Shown: positions 9,500-20,091, counted from the stretch's first letter. The stretch is 64,000 bases of DNA from a bacterium (GCA_965203325.1 OZ241875.1:2784001-2848000); one strand, 5' to 3'. Translations and numbers: made by a program. The notes: a model not told the origin generated them from the letters alone.

Positions 9500-10872
9500 G
9501 ACCCGAGAAGCGCTATGACTACACAAAAGGCTCAATTAGCCGTGGGCTGTTTCGCTTGGCTGTTCCCTCATGCCTGGAACCGATAGCCTGGAACGCCGAC
9601 ACACTCGTCGAAATCTTTTGGGTGGGGCGCTTAGGGCCCGAATATCTGGCAGCAGTGTCTTTGAGTTTTATGATTATTTTCTTCTTTCGTGCGATTGGTT
9701 TCGGCATCAGAATTGCGGGCAGCGCTTTGGTGGCCCAGAGAATCGGAGCGAAAGAACCTGAACAAGCAAGCCACGCGGCAGGCCAAGCGTTTTTGCTTGC
9801 AGGCATCTACTACGTTGCCATCAGCATTCTGGGGTATATGCTGTCCTCGCATCTGCTTGGCCTTTTAACCTCTGACGCCAATGTGATGCGAGTTGGCGTT
9901 GGGTATTTGCAGGCGTCGTTTCTTACCATCGCGTTCGTTGACGGTATTTTCACCGTTTCGCATATGTTGAAATCTTCCGGCGAACCTGGAAAATCCTTGA
10001 TTGGCCTTGGAATTTCTACGCTCATGTCCATCACGTTCATTCCCCTCCTGATTTTTGGTCTGGGGCCGTTTACGGGGTTTGGACTTCCGGGTTCCGCCAT
10101 TGGCATTGGAATAGGTCGCATCATTGGCATTTTTGTTGTTCTGTGGATTTTGACATCAGGACATTCTCGCCTCCGTATCAGGTGGATTCATCTCAAGCCC
10201 CATGCGCAAACCATGCGGCGCATCATTCATTTGGGATGGCCTGCAGCGGCACAAAATTTGCTTGAGCGCGGCGCACTTCTCATATTACTGAAGATTTTGG
10301 CGTTGTTTGGTCCAGTGGTGTTAGCCGCATGGTCGATTGGGAATCGGCTAGGGACATTTTCACGATTGCCCGGTTTTGGGATTCAGTCCGCCGTCCGGAC
10401 GATGGTGGGTCAAAACGTAGGCGCCAACCGGCCGGATCGGGCGCTAAAAAGCGTCTATCTCGCTATGGCTGGCTTGTTTGCCATTATGTGTGGCGTGACG
10501 TTTCTTTTGTATTTTTATGCAAGGGAAATTGTCTTGATCTTTGGAATGAAAAACGAGGGAATCGATGTTGGTGTCATGTGTGTCCGTATACTCACCATCG
10601 GCACTTTGTTTGAAGCTATCCGGCGAATGTTGGCGGGTGCTTTTCAAGGAGCGGCGAACACGAAGCCGCCTATGGTAGTGGAAGCCTTCATCCGATGGGG
10701 TTTTCAGATCCCTCTTGCATATTTTGCCGCTTTGCCTTTGGGATTCGAAGCCTCTGGCGTATGGGGCGCGATGACGGTAAGTCATTTTATGGGTGGCGTA
10801 TGCCTACTGGTTTGGTTCCTGGTTTGGAGCCGACGGAGAGGAATAGGCTCACATGCAGAAGCAAGATATTGA
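9496..10872 (+). CDS. MATE-family efflux transporter (tandem paralog)
   Basis: VAQRIGA, VGQNVGA; ATGA overlap with the previous gene. Confidence 0.88.
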   Translation: MRPEKRYDYTKGSISRGLFRLAVPSCLEPIAWNADTLVEIFWVGRLGPEYLAAVSLSFMIIFFFRAIGFGIRIAGSALVAQRIGAKEPEQASHAAGQAFLLAGIYYVAISILGYMLSSHLLGLLTSDANVMRVGVGYLQASFLTIAFVDGIFTVSHMLKSSGEPGKSLIGLGISTLMSITFIPLLIFGLGPFTGFGLPGSAIGIGIGRIIGIFVVLWILTSGHSRLRIRWIHLKPHAQTMRRIIHLGWPAAAQNLLERGALLILLKILALFGPVVLAAWSIGNRLGTFSRLPGFGIQSAVRTMVGQNVGANRPDRALKSVYLAMAGLFAIMCGVTFLLYFYAREIVLIFGMKNEGIDVGVMCVRILTIGTLFEAIRRMLAGAFQGAANTKPPMVVEAFIRWGFQIPLAYFAALPLGFEASGVWGAMTVSHFMGGVCLLVWFLVWSRRRGIGSHAEARY

Positions 10873-11087
10873 TGTTAAGCAAAATGGGTTTCGCATGGGA
10901 TGCTGGGTCAACGACAACCGATGGCGGGTGCACCAATGAGGTTGTGGCAACTCCTCACTCGCGCACGGCTGAAAATCGGTAGTATATGTGTGTGGTAGAT
11001 ATGAATATATGGTGAGACAATTTGACATTGGATTTATTCTTCACCTTGAAACTAGCTGACATAAAAGATGTTGAAAGCGAGAGACTC

Positions 11088-13457
11088 ATGAGCCGCAAAA
11101 AGGTTTGTCTTTATTCCATCTTAGTGATTTTGTTTTTTCTCTCATCTCTAGCATATGCGGCGGATGTTGGTTCAAGCGAAACAACAGAATCAAATGATTG
11201 GGCGATCATTTTGCAAGATGCGACCCGATATCTTCAAGGTGAAGGGAAAACACCAACTCTCACTCAGGGATATTTGTCCTTGGTGCGGCAAGTCCGCTCA
11301 CGGGCATATGATGTTAAAACAAGATCCCAACAAGTCCTCCTCCAGTCTGAAAAGTTACTCAATGCGATTGGCCCTCCTCCCGGAAAGGATAGCCCGCCAG
11401 AGGCGAGTGAAATAGCCGACAAAAGAGAGCGATACAAACGTCAAGTTACAACTGCCCGCGCGCGCATCGCTGAGGCTGATTTGGCCATTGTTCGTGCTGC
11501 GGATTTGGAAGAATCTTTCTCCCGAGAGAGGTTCGAGCGGTTTTTGGGAGAGATTTACCGTCGTACGCCGATACCTATCGCACCGGGCGTGCTCGTAAAG
11601 GGCTTTTCAGAAATTACGGTTGAAGTTCGACGTATTCTTCGCTCTCCAGGGTATTGGTTCGTAAAACTACCTCCTGGAATTGGTGGCACCGCCGTATTTC
11701 TGCCCGGGATAGTGGTTTTGATTGTAGGCGTGGTTTTTGGGTGGGCAATACGGCGGAGCATTTTGAGCATGTTCGGCCGCGACACCGGAATATTGGAGCC
11801 CTCGTATGCTCGTAGGTTTAGCTCCGCCATCGCAGATGGCGTTGGCAACAGCATTTTGCCAGGAGCTATTTTAGTGGCTCTTTATATATGGGTGACCCGA
11901 CCGGGCGCTTTGGTGAGCGGTCTCTTTGAAGAAGCGCTCATGTCTTCTCTGATTTCCATGTTGTTCTTTTGTGTGTTTGTTGCGTTTGCGAAGTCTTTTC
12001 TCTCCCCAGAGCAGCCGAATTGGCGTTTCACGGGACAATCTTCCGAAAATGCGCAGAGCGCATATCGTTTGATTGTCGCTTTGGCGGCTGTTTTTTCGGT
12101 CGACATGTTTTTCTCGAATCTTGAAGGTGAAGGGGTTAGGTCTGCAGAGGCGATGTCCATCTACGCTGCAGTGTTCGGTACTTTGGAAGGTTGTTTTTTT
12201 GTCAAGCTCGGTCGGGGGGAACTCTGGCGAGCCGGAGCGGCCCAAGAAGGTGCAACCCAGCAGGGTGGACACGCGTGGAGATTGATCCGTCGTATTGCAA
12301 GAGTGCTCGCGGTAATCGGTGTTGCAGCGTTGTATGTTGGATATGGCGCTTTTGGCAAGCGCCTTCTCACCAACCTGATTTGGACCGGCCTGTTGCTGTG
12401 GATAGTGATTCTGTTGCGTGGTTTCATTCACGAACTGGTATCCTGGTCGACTAAATCCAAGTCTTTACAAGACAAGCTCCACGTTCCGTCCCACGTAATC
12501 GAGAGGTTCAGTTCCTGGGGACGAGTCGTTGTCGACCCTGTGGTTTTCCTTTGCGGCCTCCTCATTATCGTACCTGTTTGGGGGGTGCCGCCGGATGATT
12601 TGATGCGCTGGACGCTTCAAATCCTATCCGGTTTCCAGGTGGGCAGTTTTCGCATCTCTATTATCGACATTTTTCTGGCCATTGCCGTTTTCTTAATCGC
12701 CATGGCCGGAACAAGATTTTTACAAAGACAGTTGTCCGAACGTTTTTTCGATCGGACGAATTTGCCTTCAGGCATACGTCACTCCCTGAACGCAGGGTTT
12801 GGTTATGCAGGTGTGATCATTGCGACGTTGTTGAGTATTTCGGTGACGGGAGTCGATCTCTCGAACCTTGCTTTGGTTGTCAGCGCGCTCTCCGTGGGGG
12901 TCGGTTTCGGTCTGCAAAATGTAGTCAACAACTTTATTTCCGGGCTTATACTCCTTGTAGAAAGACCTATAAAAGTTGGCGATTGGGTGCGCGTGGGCAG
13001 TGATGAAGGAATTGTGAAAAGGATACAGTTTCGCGCAACGGAGCTGGAAACATGGCAACGCGCCTCGGTGATTATTCCGAACGCGGAGATTATTTCGACA
13101 TCGGTCACCAACCTGACGCATCGGGATCGGTATGGCCGCGTGGAGGTCGGAGTGGGCGTGGCGTACGGATCCGATGTGAAGAAGGTTCGGGAGATTCTTC
13201 TGGATATCGCCGAGAAGAACAATAGGGTGAGCGATGACCCCGCTCCAGCGGTCGTATTTCGAGATTTTGGCGCGAGCAGTCTGGATTTCGAACTGCGGTG
13301 TTTTACTTCGGACGTGATGAGACGTCTGGGGGTCGCGAGTGATTTGAGATTTGAGATTGAACGCCGCCTTCGAGAGGAAGGCATCGAGATACCCTTCCCG
13401 CAAAGAGTCGTTCACCTCATGAACCCACGGCAAAATGATACGGAAACCGAGGCTTAA
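11088..13457 (+). CDS. MscS-family mechanosensitive channel with large N-terminal domain (MscK/DUF3772-like)
   Basis: Signal peptide; C-terminal GVGFGLQNVVNNFISG, ERPIKVGD, IPFPQR. Confidence 0.9.
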   Translation: MSRKKVCLYSILVILFFLSSLAYAADVGSSETTESNDWAIILQDATRYLQGEGKTPTLTQGYLSLVRQVRSRAYDVKTRSQQVLLQSEKLLNAIGPPPGKDSPPEASEIADKRERYKRQVTTARARIAEADLAIVRAADLEESFSRERFERFLGEIYRRTPIPIAPGVLVKGFSEITVEVRRILRSPGYWFVKLPPGIGGTAVFLPGIVVLIVGVVFGWAIRRSILSMFGRDTGILEPSYARRFSSAIADGVGNSILPGAILVALYIWVTRPGALVSGLFEEALMSSLISMLFFCVFVAFAKSFLSPEQPNWRFTGQSSENAQSAYRLIVALAAVFSVDMFFSNLEGEGVRSAEAMSIYAAVFGTLEGCFFVKLGRGELWRAGAAQEGATQQGGHAWRLIRRIARVLAVIGVAALYVGYGAFGKRLLTNLIWTGLLLWIVILLRGFIHELVSWSTKSKSLQDKLHVPSHVIERFSSWGRVVVDPVVFLCGLLIIVPVWGVPPDDLMRWTLQILSGFQVGSFRISIIDIFLAIAVFLIAMAGTRFLQRQLSERFFDRTNLPSGIRHSLNAGFGYAGVIIATLLSISVTGVDLSNLALVVSALSVGVGFGLQNVVNNFISGLILLVERPIKVGDWVRVGSDEGIVKRIQFRATELETWQRASVIIPNAEIISTSVTNLTHRDRYGRVEVGVGVAYGSDVKKVREILLDIAEKNNRVSDDPAPAVVFRDFGASSLDFELRCFTSDVMRRLGVASDLRFEIERRLREEGIEIPFPQRVVHLMNPRQNDTETEA

Positions 13458-13459
13458 GA

Positions 13460-14476
13460 TTACCTGTACGTGTAGGGTTTGGGCTCTGGCTTTTGACCGA
13501 CCTTGTTTCTCATGACTCCCAATGGCCCCATATCAATTTCCACGATATCCCCTGGTTGAATCCAGCGATCCATTTCCATGCCGCATCCTCCGGGGACGGT
13601 GCCTGAGCCCATCAAGTCTCCCGTGAGGAGATTCTCGTCCCTGGCGGTATAGGCGATGATTTGAGAGAAAGTCCAATACATCTCTCCGGGCGTGGTTGCG
13701 ACCCACGTTTCTCCGTTGACCCTGGCGGCCATGGGAATGTTTTTGGGGTCGCCGACCTCATCGGGTGTGGCAATCCACGGCCCTAAGCTCCAGCACCAGT
13801 CTTTGCTTTTATATGGCCCGGTTCCCATGGCCATTTCACCCCCTTGGGCGTCCCTCGCGCTCCAGTCGTTCAAAATTGCATAACCGAAAATGTGCTCATG
13901 CGCATTGTCTTCCGAAATATCCCGTCCCGGAACGCCGATCACGCAGCAGAATTCGAGTTCGAAATCCATTTTGTCGGTGAAGCTGGGCCAGGGGACTTCT
14001 TCTTCAGGGCCGGCCATGTGGGCGCAACTCGCTTTGAAGGCGAGGGGACGCTCGTACCAGATTTTGGGGATTTCGAGATTCATCACCTCAAATGTTTTTT
14101 TGAGATGGCGTTCGAATCCCGCAAAACCGCGAATGAGCGGAGGCTGCTTTATCGGTGCAAGAAGCTGAGCTTCATTCGACGCATAGATAATTTGCTCCCC
14201 GCGGGGGCCTGAAGCGTCTTCATGTTCAAGTGCATATTCAAGGGCTTCTTCAGCTGCTTCGATGCCGCCTTTTCCCGATGCCGCGATGGCCAGCATGTCG
14301 GAAGGAATGAGGGCGTCCGCCATGGCTTGGGGTCGTGAGGAGCCACGCTGTTTGAACTTGGCCGCCGCTGCGAAATTGAGGTCGACGTATCGGAGGTCAT
14401 CGCCTTCGGATACAACGGCGCCCAGACGCTCGAATGGGCCTACAGGTGTTCGCACTTCAAAGGTGCAGAATTTCAT
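13460..14476 (-). CDS. Fumarylacetoacetate hydrolase family protein
   Basis: DFELE, NDWSARD, GDLMGSGT. Confidence 0.88.
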   Translation of the reverse strand: MKFCTFEVRTPVGPFERLGAVVSEGDDLRYVDLNFAAAAKFKQRGSSRPQAMADALIPSDMLAIAASGKGGIEAAEEALEYALEHEDASGPRGEQIIYASNEAQLLAPIKQPPLIRGFAGFERHLKKTFEVMNLEIPKIWYERPLAFKASCAHMAGPEEEVPWPSFTDKMDFELEFCCVIGVPGRDISEDNAHEHIFGYAILNDWSARDAQGGEMAMGTGPYKSKDWCWSLGPWIATPDEVGDPKNIPMAARVNGETWVATTPGEMYWTFSQIIAYTARDENLLTGDLMGSGTVPGGCGMEMDRWIQPGDIVEIDMGPLGVMRNKVGQKPEPKPYTYR

Positions 14477-14522
14477 GGCTTCTCTCCGGGTTGATTTAGT
14501 AAATAGTGTCCATTTCTACTTA

Positions 14523-15044
14523 TTACAAATCGACTTTGTCTCGCTCATCTGTTTCCGGGAAAGGGCCTTCCTTGATTTCGATGACCTTTGAATCATCTTC
14601 CAAGAATTCAACTTCATGACCCTCGTACATCAGTATGAGGTCGTCACGGTGTAGAATCGCATCGCCTAGATTTTCCCCTTCTTTGGTAAATACGCCGACT
14701 CGAACCTTCCCGCGTTGACACAAGAGAATTTGGTGTCGTGTGGTATTCGCGGTCCTGTCTTCCACCACGTGATAATGCGCTTTGGTTATCGCGCCTTTGG
14801 GTCTGTTCAAGACGATGATTTGCAGGGGCACGTCATCATCTGTCATATGAGCTTTGGTGTTGCGTTCCGCTTCGATGTCCTGGCCGGCGTATGCAGTCCG
14901 GATGTGTTCTTTCGCTTCCTCGGTGTCCAGATAGGGAGGAAACTTGGCGTAATCGTTGAAATCTCCTTTGATGTGGATGGCAATGATGCGTCCATCTGAG
15001 GCCTTGTAATAATTCACGCTTTTAGAATCAACTTCTAAAGACAT
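14523..15044 (-). CDS. Cupin-fold protein of unknown function
   Basis: AHYH ... GHEVEFLE ... EIKEGP pattern. Confidence 0.6.
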   Translation of the reverse strand: MSLEVDSKSVNYYKASDGRIIAIHIKGDFNDYAKFPPYLDTEEAKEHIRTAYAGQDIEAERNTKAHMTDDDVPLQIIVLNRPKGAITKAHYHVVEDRTANTTRHQILLCQRGKVRVGVFTKEGENLGDAILHRDDLILMYEGHEVEFLEDDSKVIEIKEGPFPETDERDKVDL

Positions 15045-15117
15045 AATTTTCCTCGGAAGTGAGTAGAATCAAAGAAACGCCAACTGAGCATGAATAAAAA
15101 ATAGTCGCTCAAGGGTA

Positions 15118-16002
15118 TCACAAATTCAATTTTGTGATCTTCATATGAAAATCAAGCGGAGGGGCGGAGCGGACGAGCGAACTGGTGGAGATGTAGTCCA
15201 CTCCCGTCTCCGCAATGCTACGAATGTCGGTGTCGGCGATGCCGGAGGCCTCAAGTTCATAGGGTTTTTGCGTTTTGAAAGCGATGCCGACTTTCCTGGT
15301 GCGGGCAACGGCTTTTTGAAGCGTTTCTATGTTCATGTTATCGAGCAGAATCATGTGTACTCGTCCGTCTTCGATGACTTCTTCGAGTTGGGCCAGATTC
15401 TGTACTTCAATTTGAGTTTCCGTCATGTAGCGGTTACCGAATTGTCTGTCGATGGCGGCGGGGATGGAACCGGCGGCAACGATATCGTTGTCCTTTATCA
15501 TTTCCCCGTCGAAAAAACCCAAGCGGTGATTCCGCCCGCCGCCTGCCCGTACCGCGTATTTTTCAAAATAACGCAAGCCTGGTCGATTTTTCCTGGTATC
15601 GATGATGCCCTTGAGGGATTCGGGGAAGTTCCCGAAGCGGGCCAATGTATTCGCTGTGTGCGTGGCGATTTCAGAGATATGCGAAAGAAGATTGAGCGCG
15701 GTGCGTTCCGCCTTCAAAATGGTCTGGGTATGGCCGGAAACGTGCGCTAAAAGTTCGCCCCTGGAAATATTGGCGCCTTCGCTCTTGTTCCAGATGACTT
15801 CTGGTGGGTTGCTTTTCCCGAGTGCCAAAAGGTATTGGGTTTCTTCCAAGATAAGAAGGAAAAACGGAGAACCTGCGAGAATGGCATCGCTTTTCGAGCG
15901 TAACTCGGCCATACACAAGGGTTCTTTTTCGGGGTCGTACTGGAGGGGAGCGCTCCCGAAATCCTCCAGTAGCCATTCGCGGATTTTAGAGCGGATGTCC
16001 AT
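15118..16002 (-). CDS. nadC: Quinolinate phosphoribosyltransferase
   Basis: AERTALNLL, DTRK, NHRLG, MIKDN, LLDN, EASG; directly downstream of nadA. Confidence 0.92.
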   Translation of the reverse strand: MDIRSKIREWLLEDFGSAPLQYDPEKEPLCMAELRSKSDAILAGSPFFLLILEETQYLLALGKSNPPEVIWNKSEGANISRGELLAHVSGHTQTILKAERTALNLLSHISEIATHTANTLARFGNFPESLKGIIDTRKNRPGLRYFEKYAVRAGGGRNHRLGFFDGEMIKDNDIVAAGSIPAAIDRQFGNRYMTETQIEVQNLAQLEEVIEDGRVHMILLDNMNIETLQKAVARTRKVGIAFKTQKPYELEASGIADTDIRSIAETGVDYISTSSLVRSAPPLDFHMKITKLNL

Positions 16003-16020
16003 ATTTAGCGGTATTTGGTT

Positions 16021-17133
16021 TTATACGATTTCAAGCATGCGTTCGATGGGTATACGCGCGCGCCGAGCCAGTTCCGTATCCACGGTAATTTCGTGTTTTA
16101 GATCCCGCAGGCATTCATGCAAGTTTTGCAGCGTGTTTTGTTTCATGTAGGCGCAAAGCGCTTCACGGCTCGCGGGAATCAGGGTTTTGTCCGGAACCGC
16201 CTTTGACATGGGGTGGAGGTTTCCGACCTCGGTAGCCACGATGACTTCCGAGTGCGGGACTTCTTCAACTAACTTAATCATGCCCTGAGTCGATCGGAAC
16301 TGGAGCATGTCTTCAGGAACGATGCCATCGTTTACTTGCCGCATACAGGCGCTGGTGCATCCGCATTCGGGATGAACCACTGTAATAGCTTCGGGGTATT
16401 GTTGTTGCTGTTCCAGGACGTGATGCGGGCGAATCCTCTCATGTACATGGCACGCGCCCATCATGAGATGGAGTCGCTCCAGAGAATGTCCTTCACTCTC
16501 CAGTAGCTTGGCTGCGTAGAAACCCAAGAAGACGTCGGGTAAAAACAGAATGGGTTGTTCGGGCCTTGAGTTTTCAAGAATGTGGAGGGTGACTTTGCCT
16601 GCATTGGCGGACGCACAACAGTAATCGCTCTCGGCTTTTACCTCGAGATACGTGTTTACATAACTGATGACGATTCCGTCTGGATGCGCTTTTTTCCAGT
16701 CTCGAATTTTATTAACGTCAGCATGAGCGGCCAAAGAGCAGAGTGCATCGAGGCTGGGGGCCAAAACGGTTTGATGGGGTTTCTTTAGCGCGGCTAAAAT
16801 CTGATTCATGAATAACACGGAAGGTTCGACGAGATAGTCTGCGTCCGAGGCGGCACCCTGTTGGGCCAGGAACAAAGAATCACCGATGACATCGGATACG
16901 TCCTGAATATCTCTTGGCACGTAATTGTGTGCCAGGATGAGAGCGTTTCTCTCTTTCTTGAGGCGCCTGACCTCACCTTGCAGAAATTTTCTTTCCTCTT
17001 CCGTGATGTTCTCAGGATGAGCGTTTGCGGGGATTTCAGGAACATCAATGGAAGGTCCGAGGTCAGCTTGGTCCATCAAAGCGATGGCATCTTTTGCAGG
17101 AAGGATGTCACCAGCTTCAATATCAAAAATCAT
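16021..17133 (-). CDS. nadA: Quinolinate synthase A
   Basis: LILAHNY, GDSLFL, CSLA, YVNT, CHVH, HPEC, CAYMK; start moved to the ATG preceded by GGAG. Confidence 0.93.
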   Translation of the reverse strand: MIFDIEAGDILPAKDAIALMDQADLGPSIDVPEIPANAHPENITEEERKFLQGEVRRLKKERNALILAHNYVPRDIQDVSDVIGDSLFLAQQGAASDADYLVEPSVLFMNQILAALKKPHQTVLAPSLDALCSLAAHADVNKIRDWKKAHPDGIVISYVNTYLEVKAESDYCCASANAGKVTLHILENSRPEQPILFLPDVFLGFYAAKLLESEGHSLERLHLMMGACHVHERIRPHHVLEQQQQYPEAITVVHPECGCTSACMRQVNDGIVPEDMLQFRSTQGMIKLVEEVPHSEVIVATEVGNLHPMSKAVPDKTLIPASREALCAYMKQNTLQNLHECLRDLKHEITVDTELARRARIPIERMLEIV

Positions 17134-17244
17134 TTGAAACTCCACTAATTTGGATGTCGTAAAGATACGTTTATTGCTACTAGGTAAGTTGCTTGCTCGC
17201 TTGCGCAAAAAATCACAAGCCGAAGCAAAAAATAATAAACCTCA

Positions 17245-17292
17245 TTAAATCAACAGTTCGACTCCTGATGAATAATACATGATACGGGACAT
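17245..17292 (-). CDS. Putative 15-aa leader ORF (MSRIMYYSSGVELLI) upstream of nadA
   Basis: AGGAG-N5-ATG; too short for the ORF track. Confidence 0.3.
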   Translation of the reverse strand: MSRIMYYSSGVELLI

Positions 17293-17596
17293 GGAATCTC
17301 CTACCCCTTTCTGCTCTTATTATTCCAGTCTTGAGGAAATAAGTAAAATGGAAATATGGAAAAAGACGATTATTCCTTGCCGGGGAGTATAGTTTTTGTT
17401 AGGTTTCGTACCTGTAATTTCTGTTTTGGGTCATTGAAGAGGCAGGGCGTCGGAATCGTCTCCCTGTATAGTAGTTCGAATCGCGGGTCGCCGAGCGAGA
17501 CGACTCGTTTTTTATTTGTATGAGCCAAAATTCAACGCACCTCCTTCACCTGTAGTCATTTTGCTTGAGAAGCCGGGGTGATTTGAGGAATCCATC

Positions 17597-17791
17597 ATGA
17601 GCCGTGGTGTGATTTGGCTGTTGGGCACATTGCTTTTGTCTGGGCTTTTCATTTTTGCACTAAGTGGGATCTGCTCGAATGCGTCGATTTTTCCATCACT
17701 AACTGGATATTTTTGTCCGAAACCCCGGATGAAATTGATAACTGTTCCGCAGAATCCTGCGTCCAAAGGGGTGGAACAGAAAAACAATTGA
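17597..17791 (+). CDS. Small membrane or secreted protein (64 aa)
   Basis: GAGGA RBS, single N-terminal hydrophobic helix. Confidence 0.6.
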   Translation: MSRGVIWLLGTLLLSGLFIFALSGICSNASIFPSLTGYFCPKPRMKLITVPQNPASKGVEQKNN

Positions 17792-17825
17792 TCGATTGTC
17801 AAAGATTTTACAGAAAGGTGAGGTT

Positions 17826-19232
17826 ATGAACGATTCAGATTCTCTCATCACAGATGCCATCGTCGAATTTGTCTTGAATACGGAGTACGAAGACATTCCT
17901 GAAGACGTGAGAGTAATCATGCGTCGATGTTTCGTGGATGGAATCGGTCTGATGGTTGCGGGTTCCACGGAAGAAAGCGGCCATATCATCCAAAACTACC
18001 TCAAGGAAATCGGAGGAGAACCCGAGGCGCGCGTTATCGGAACTGAAATGACAGTGCCCGCGCATCTCGCTGCTTTGGCCAATGGCATCGCCGGCCACGC
18101 AATGGATTATGACGATACGCAGTTGAGCAGCTATCCGGATCGTGTGTATGGCCTGTTGACTCACCCCACATGTCCAGTGATGCCCGCAGCTCTGGCCCTT
18201 GCCGAGGCGCTGGGCGCAACAGGACAGGAACTGCTCACTGCATTTGCGCTGGGTTTTGAAGTGGAATGCAAGGTGGCGGAGGCGATTCGGCCGGATCATT
18301 ACATCAAAGGATTTCATTCAACGGGAACTATCGGCGCCATCGGGGCGGCGACTGCTGCAGCGAAATTGATGGGATTGAATGAACCCCAGTTGCGCATGTG
18401 TTACGGCATCGTTTGTTCGGAAAGCGCTGGCCTGCGTGCGAATTTTGGAACGATGACGAAGCCATACCACTGCGGCCGAGCGGCGGAGAATGGCGTCGTG
18501 GCGGCGAGGCTGGCATCGGGTGGCTACACTTCGGACCCCACGGTATTTGATGGGCAGTGGGGATTTTTCCAGATTATGGGTGGCGGCTGCGATAAAGATT
18601 ATATCGTCGGGAAACTCGGAAACGCATGGTCGGCTGTGGAGCCGGGCGTGTCTATTAAACCCTACCCTTGCGGTTCCCTTGCGCACCCCGCCATGGATGC
18701 CGCCAGGGATCTGATTTTGGAAAACGACATCAAACCCGACCAGGTGAAAGAGTTGCGTTTTGGCACCACCTCGCGCGTTCTGGAGCCCCTGCGCTACAAG
18801 GAACCACAAAACGAACTGGAGGCGAAATTTTCTTTGCAGTTCGGTTTCGGCATCTTGCTACTCGAGCGCGCGGCCGGCATCGCTCAATACAAAGACGAAG
18901 TCGTAAAACGCCCCGATGTCGTAGAGATGATGAAAAAGGTGAATCCCTTTATGGACGATGAAATCGAAGCCCAGGGTTACGCGCTCATTCGTGGCAAAGT
19001 GGCGATAGAGCTTGAAGACGGGACCGTTTACGAAAAAATGTCTGAAATCTCACGCGGCACTCCTCAGCGCCCCATGGACCGCGAGGAGCTTTATGAGAAA
19101 TTCACGGAATGCACCAGTTTGGTATACGAGGGCGATCAGATCGCCTTGATTGAGGCGATGCTCTACAAAATCGATACGCTCGAAAATATCCATGGCCTTA
19201 TCGATCTCTTGGGCGAAAAAGTGGAAGCCTAA
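17826..19232 (+). CDS. MmgE/PrpD family protein
   Basis: HAMDYDD, THPT, GFHSTG, TKPYH, KPYPC, AKFS. Confidence 0.9.
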   Translation: MNDSDSLITDAIVEFVLNTEYEDIPEDVRVIMRRCFVDGIGLMVAGSTEESGHIIQNYLKEIGGEPEARVIGTEMTVPAHLAALANGIAGHAMDYDDTQLSSYPDRVYGLLTHPTCPVMPAALALAEALGATGQELLTAFALGFEVECKVAEAIRPDHYIKGFHSTGTIGAIGAATAAAKLMGLNEPQLRMCYGIVCSESAGLRANFGTMTKPYHCGRAAENGVVAARLASGGYTSDPTVFDGQWGFFQIMGGGCDKDYIVGKLGNAWSAVEPGVSIKPYPCGSLAHPAMDAARDLILENDIKPDQVKELRFGTTSRVLEPLRYKEPQNELEAKFSLQFGFGILLLERAAGIAQYKDEVVKRPDVVEMMKKVNPFMDDEIEAQGYALIRGKVAIELEDGTVYEKMSEISRGTPQRPMDREELYEKFTECTSLVYEGDQIALIEAMLYKIDTLENIHGLIDLLGEKVEA

Positions 19233-19294
19233 CGATTTATCCCTCGAAGTTGTTCATCTATTGTTCGTGGGACTGACAGGCAAGGGGAAAGAAT

Positions 19295-19690
19295 TTGGGT
19301 TTTCATCGCTGGGAAGATATTCCGCAAACTCAAAACCTTCGCAAGGGGACCATGCGCCGCGCAGCCGCGTTGGATGGATTGACGATGCAGCGCGGCGAAA
19401 TAGCTCCCGATACGCTGTTCGACGAGAGCACGATTCATCGCCATCCCGAAGATCAGTTTATCGTCGTGCTTGAGGGTAAACTGAAAATGCACATCGATGG
19501 GGTCGAGGAGTGGATCGAGCCCGGTGGTTTCGCCTCCATTCCGGGCGGTGTGTTCCATAGCGCAACAGGCGTGGGATCAGAGGGTGCGAAGTACATTGAA
19601 GTATTGTCTTCGGGACGCATCGACTACTTGCCCGGCTATCTGGGTGAGCCCAAAAACGAATTTTTGCATGAGAAGAAAAGCGATTCATGA
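19295..19690 (+). CDS. Cupin domain protein
   Basis: HRHPEDQ ... IPGGVFHS. Confidence 0.8.
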   Translation: MGFHRWEDIPQTQNLRKGTMRRAAALDGLTMQRGEIAPDTLFDESTIHRHPEDQFIVVLEGKLKMHIDGVEEWIEPGGFASIPGGVFHSATGVGSEGAKYIEVLSSGRIDYLPGYLGEPKNEFLHEKKSDS

Positions 19691-20091
19691 TGGCAGAAGA
19701 GGCCAATAGGGTTTTTGTTGTTTGCTCTGATTTGATGTTCTCCGCGGGCATTCGGGAAGCAGGGATATCCCGAGGCGTCAGATTGGAGTTCATCGATTCA
19801 GAGGAGAAATTTGACGAAGCTCTCGAAAAATATCGCGCCACATTATTCATGTCCGATTTGCATCACCACAAGCTAGGTGGTGAAAGAGCGGGCAAGCTCG
19901 TAAAAAAGCTAAAAGCCAGCCCCCAAAACCAAGACGCGTACACTATCGCTTGGGGCAAGCATACCGAGCCGGAATTGCTCAAATCAGCGATGCAAGAGGG
20001 TTTTGACAAGGTGGTGCCCCGATCTTTGTTTGTGAAAGAAATGCCAGAGTACATTCGGCAAGCAGCGAGTCGAATTCAAGTGAGTGAATGA
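19687..20091 (+). CDS. Atypical receiver-like domain protein
   Basis: DLMF, FMSDL, WGKH, GFDKVVPRS; overlaps both neighbours. Confidence 0.6.
   Translation: MMAEEANRVFVVCSDLMFSAGIREAGISRGVRLEFIDSEEKFDEALEKYRATLFMSDLHHHKLGGERAGKLVKKLKASPQNQDAYTIAWGKHTEPELLKSAMQEGFDKVVPRSLFVKEMPEYIRQAASRIQVSE

Noticed and set aside
17250..17490. GTTCGACTCC and GTTCGAATC T-loop-like motifs suggesting tRNAs
   Set aside because: The flanks do not form a T-stem or cloverleaf.
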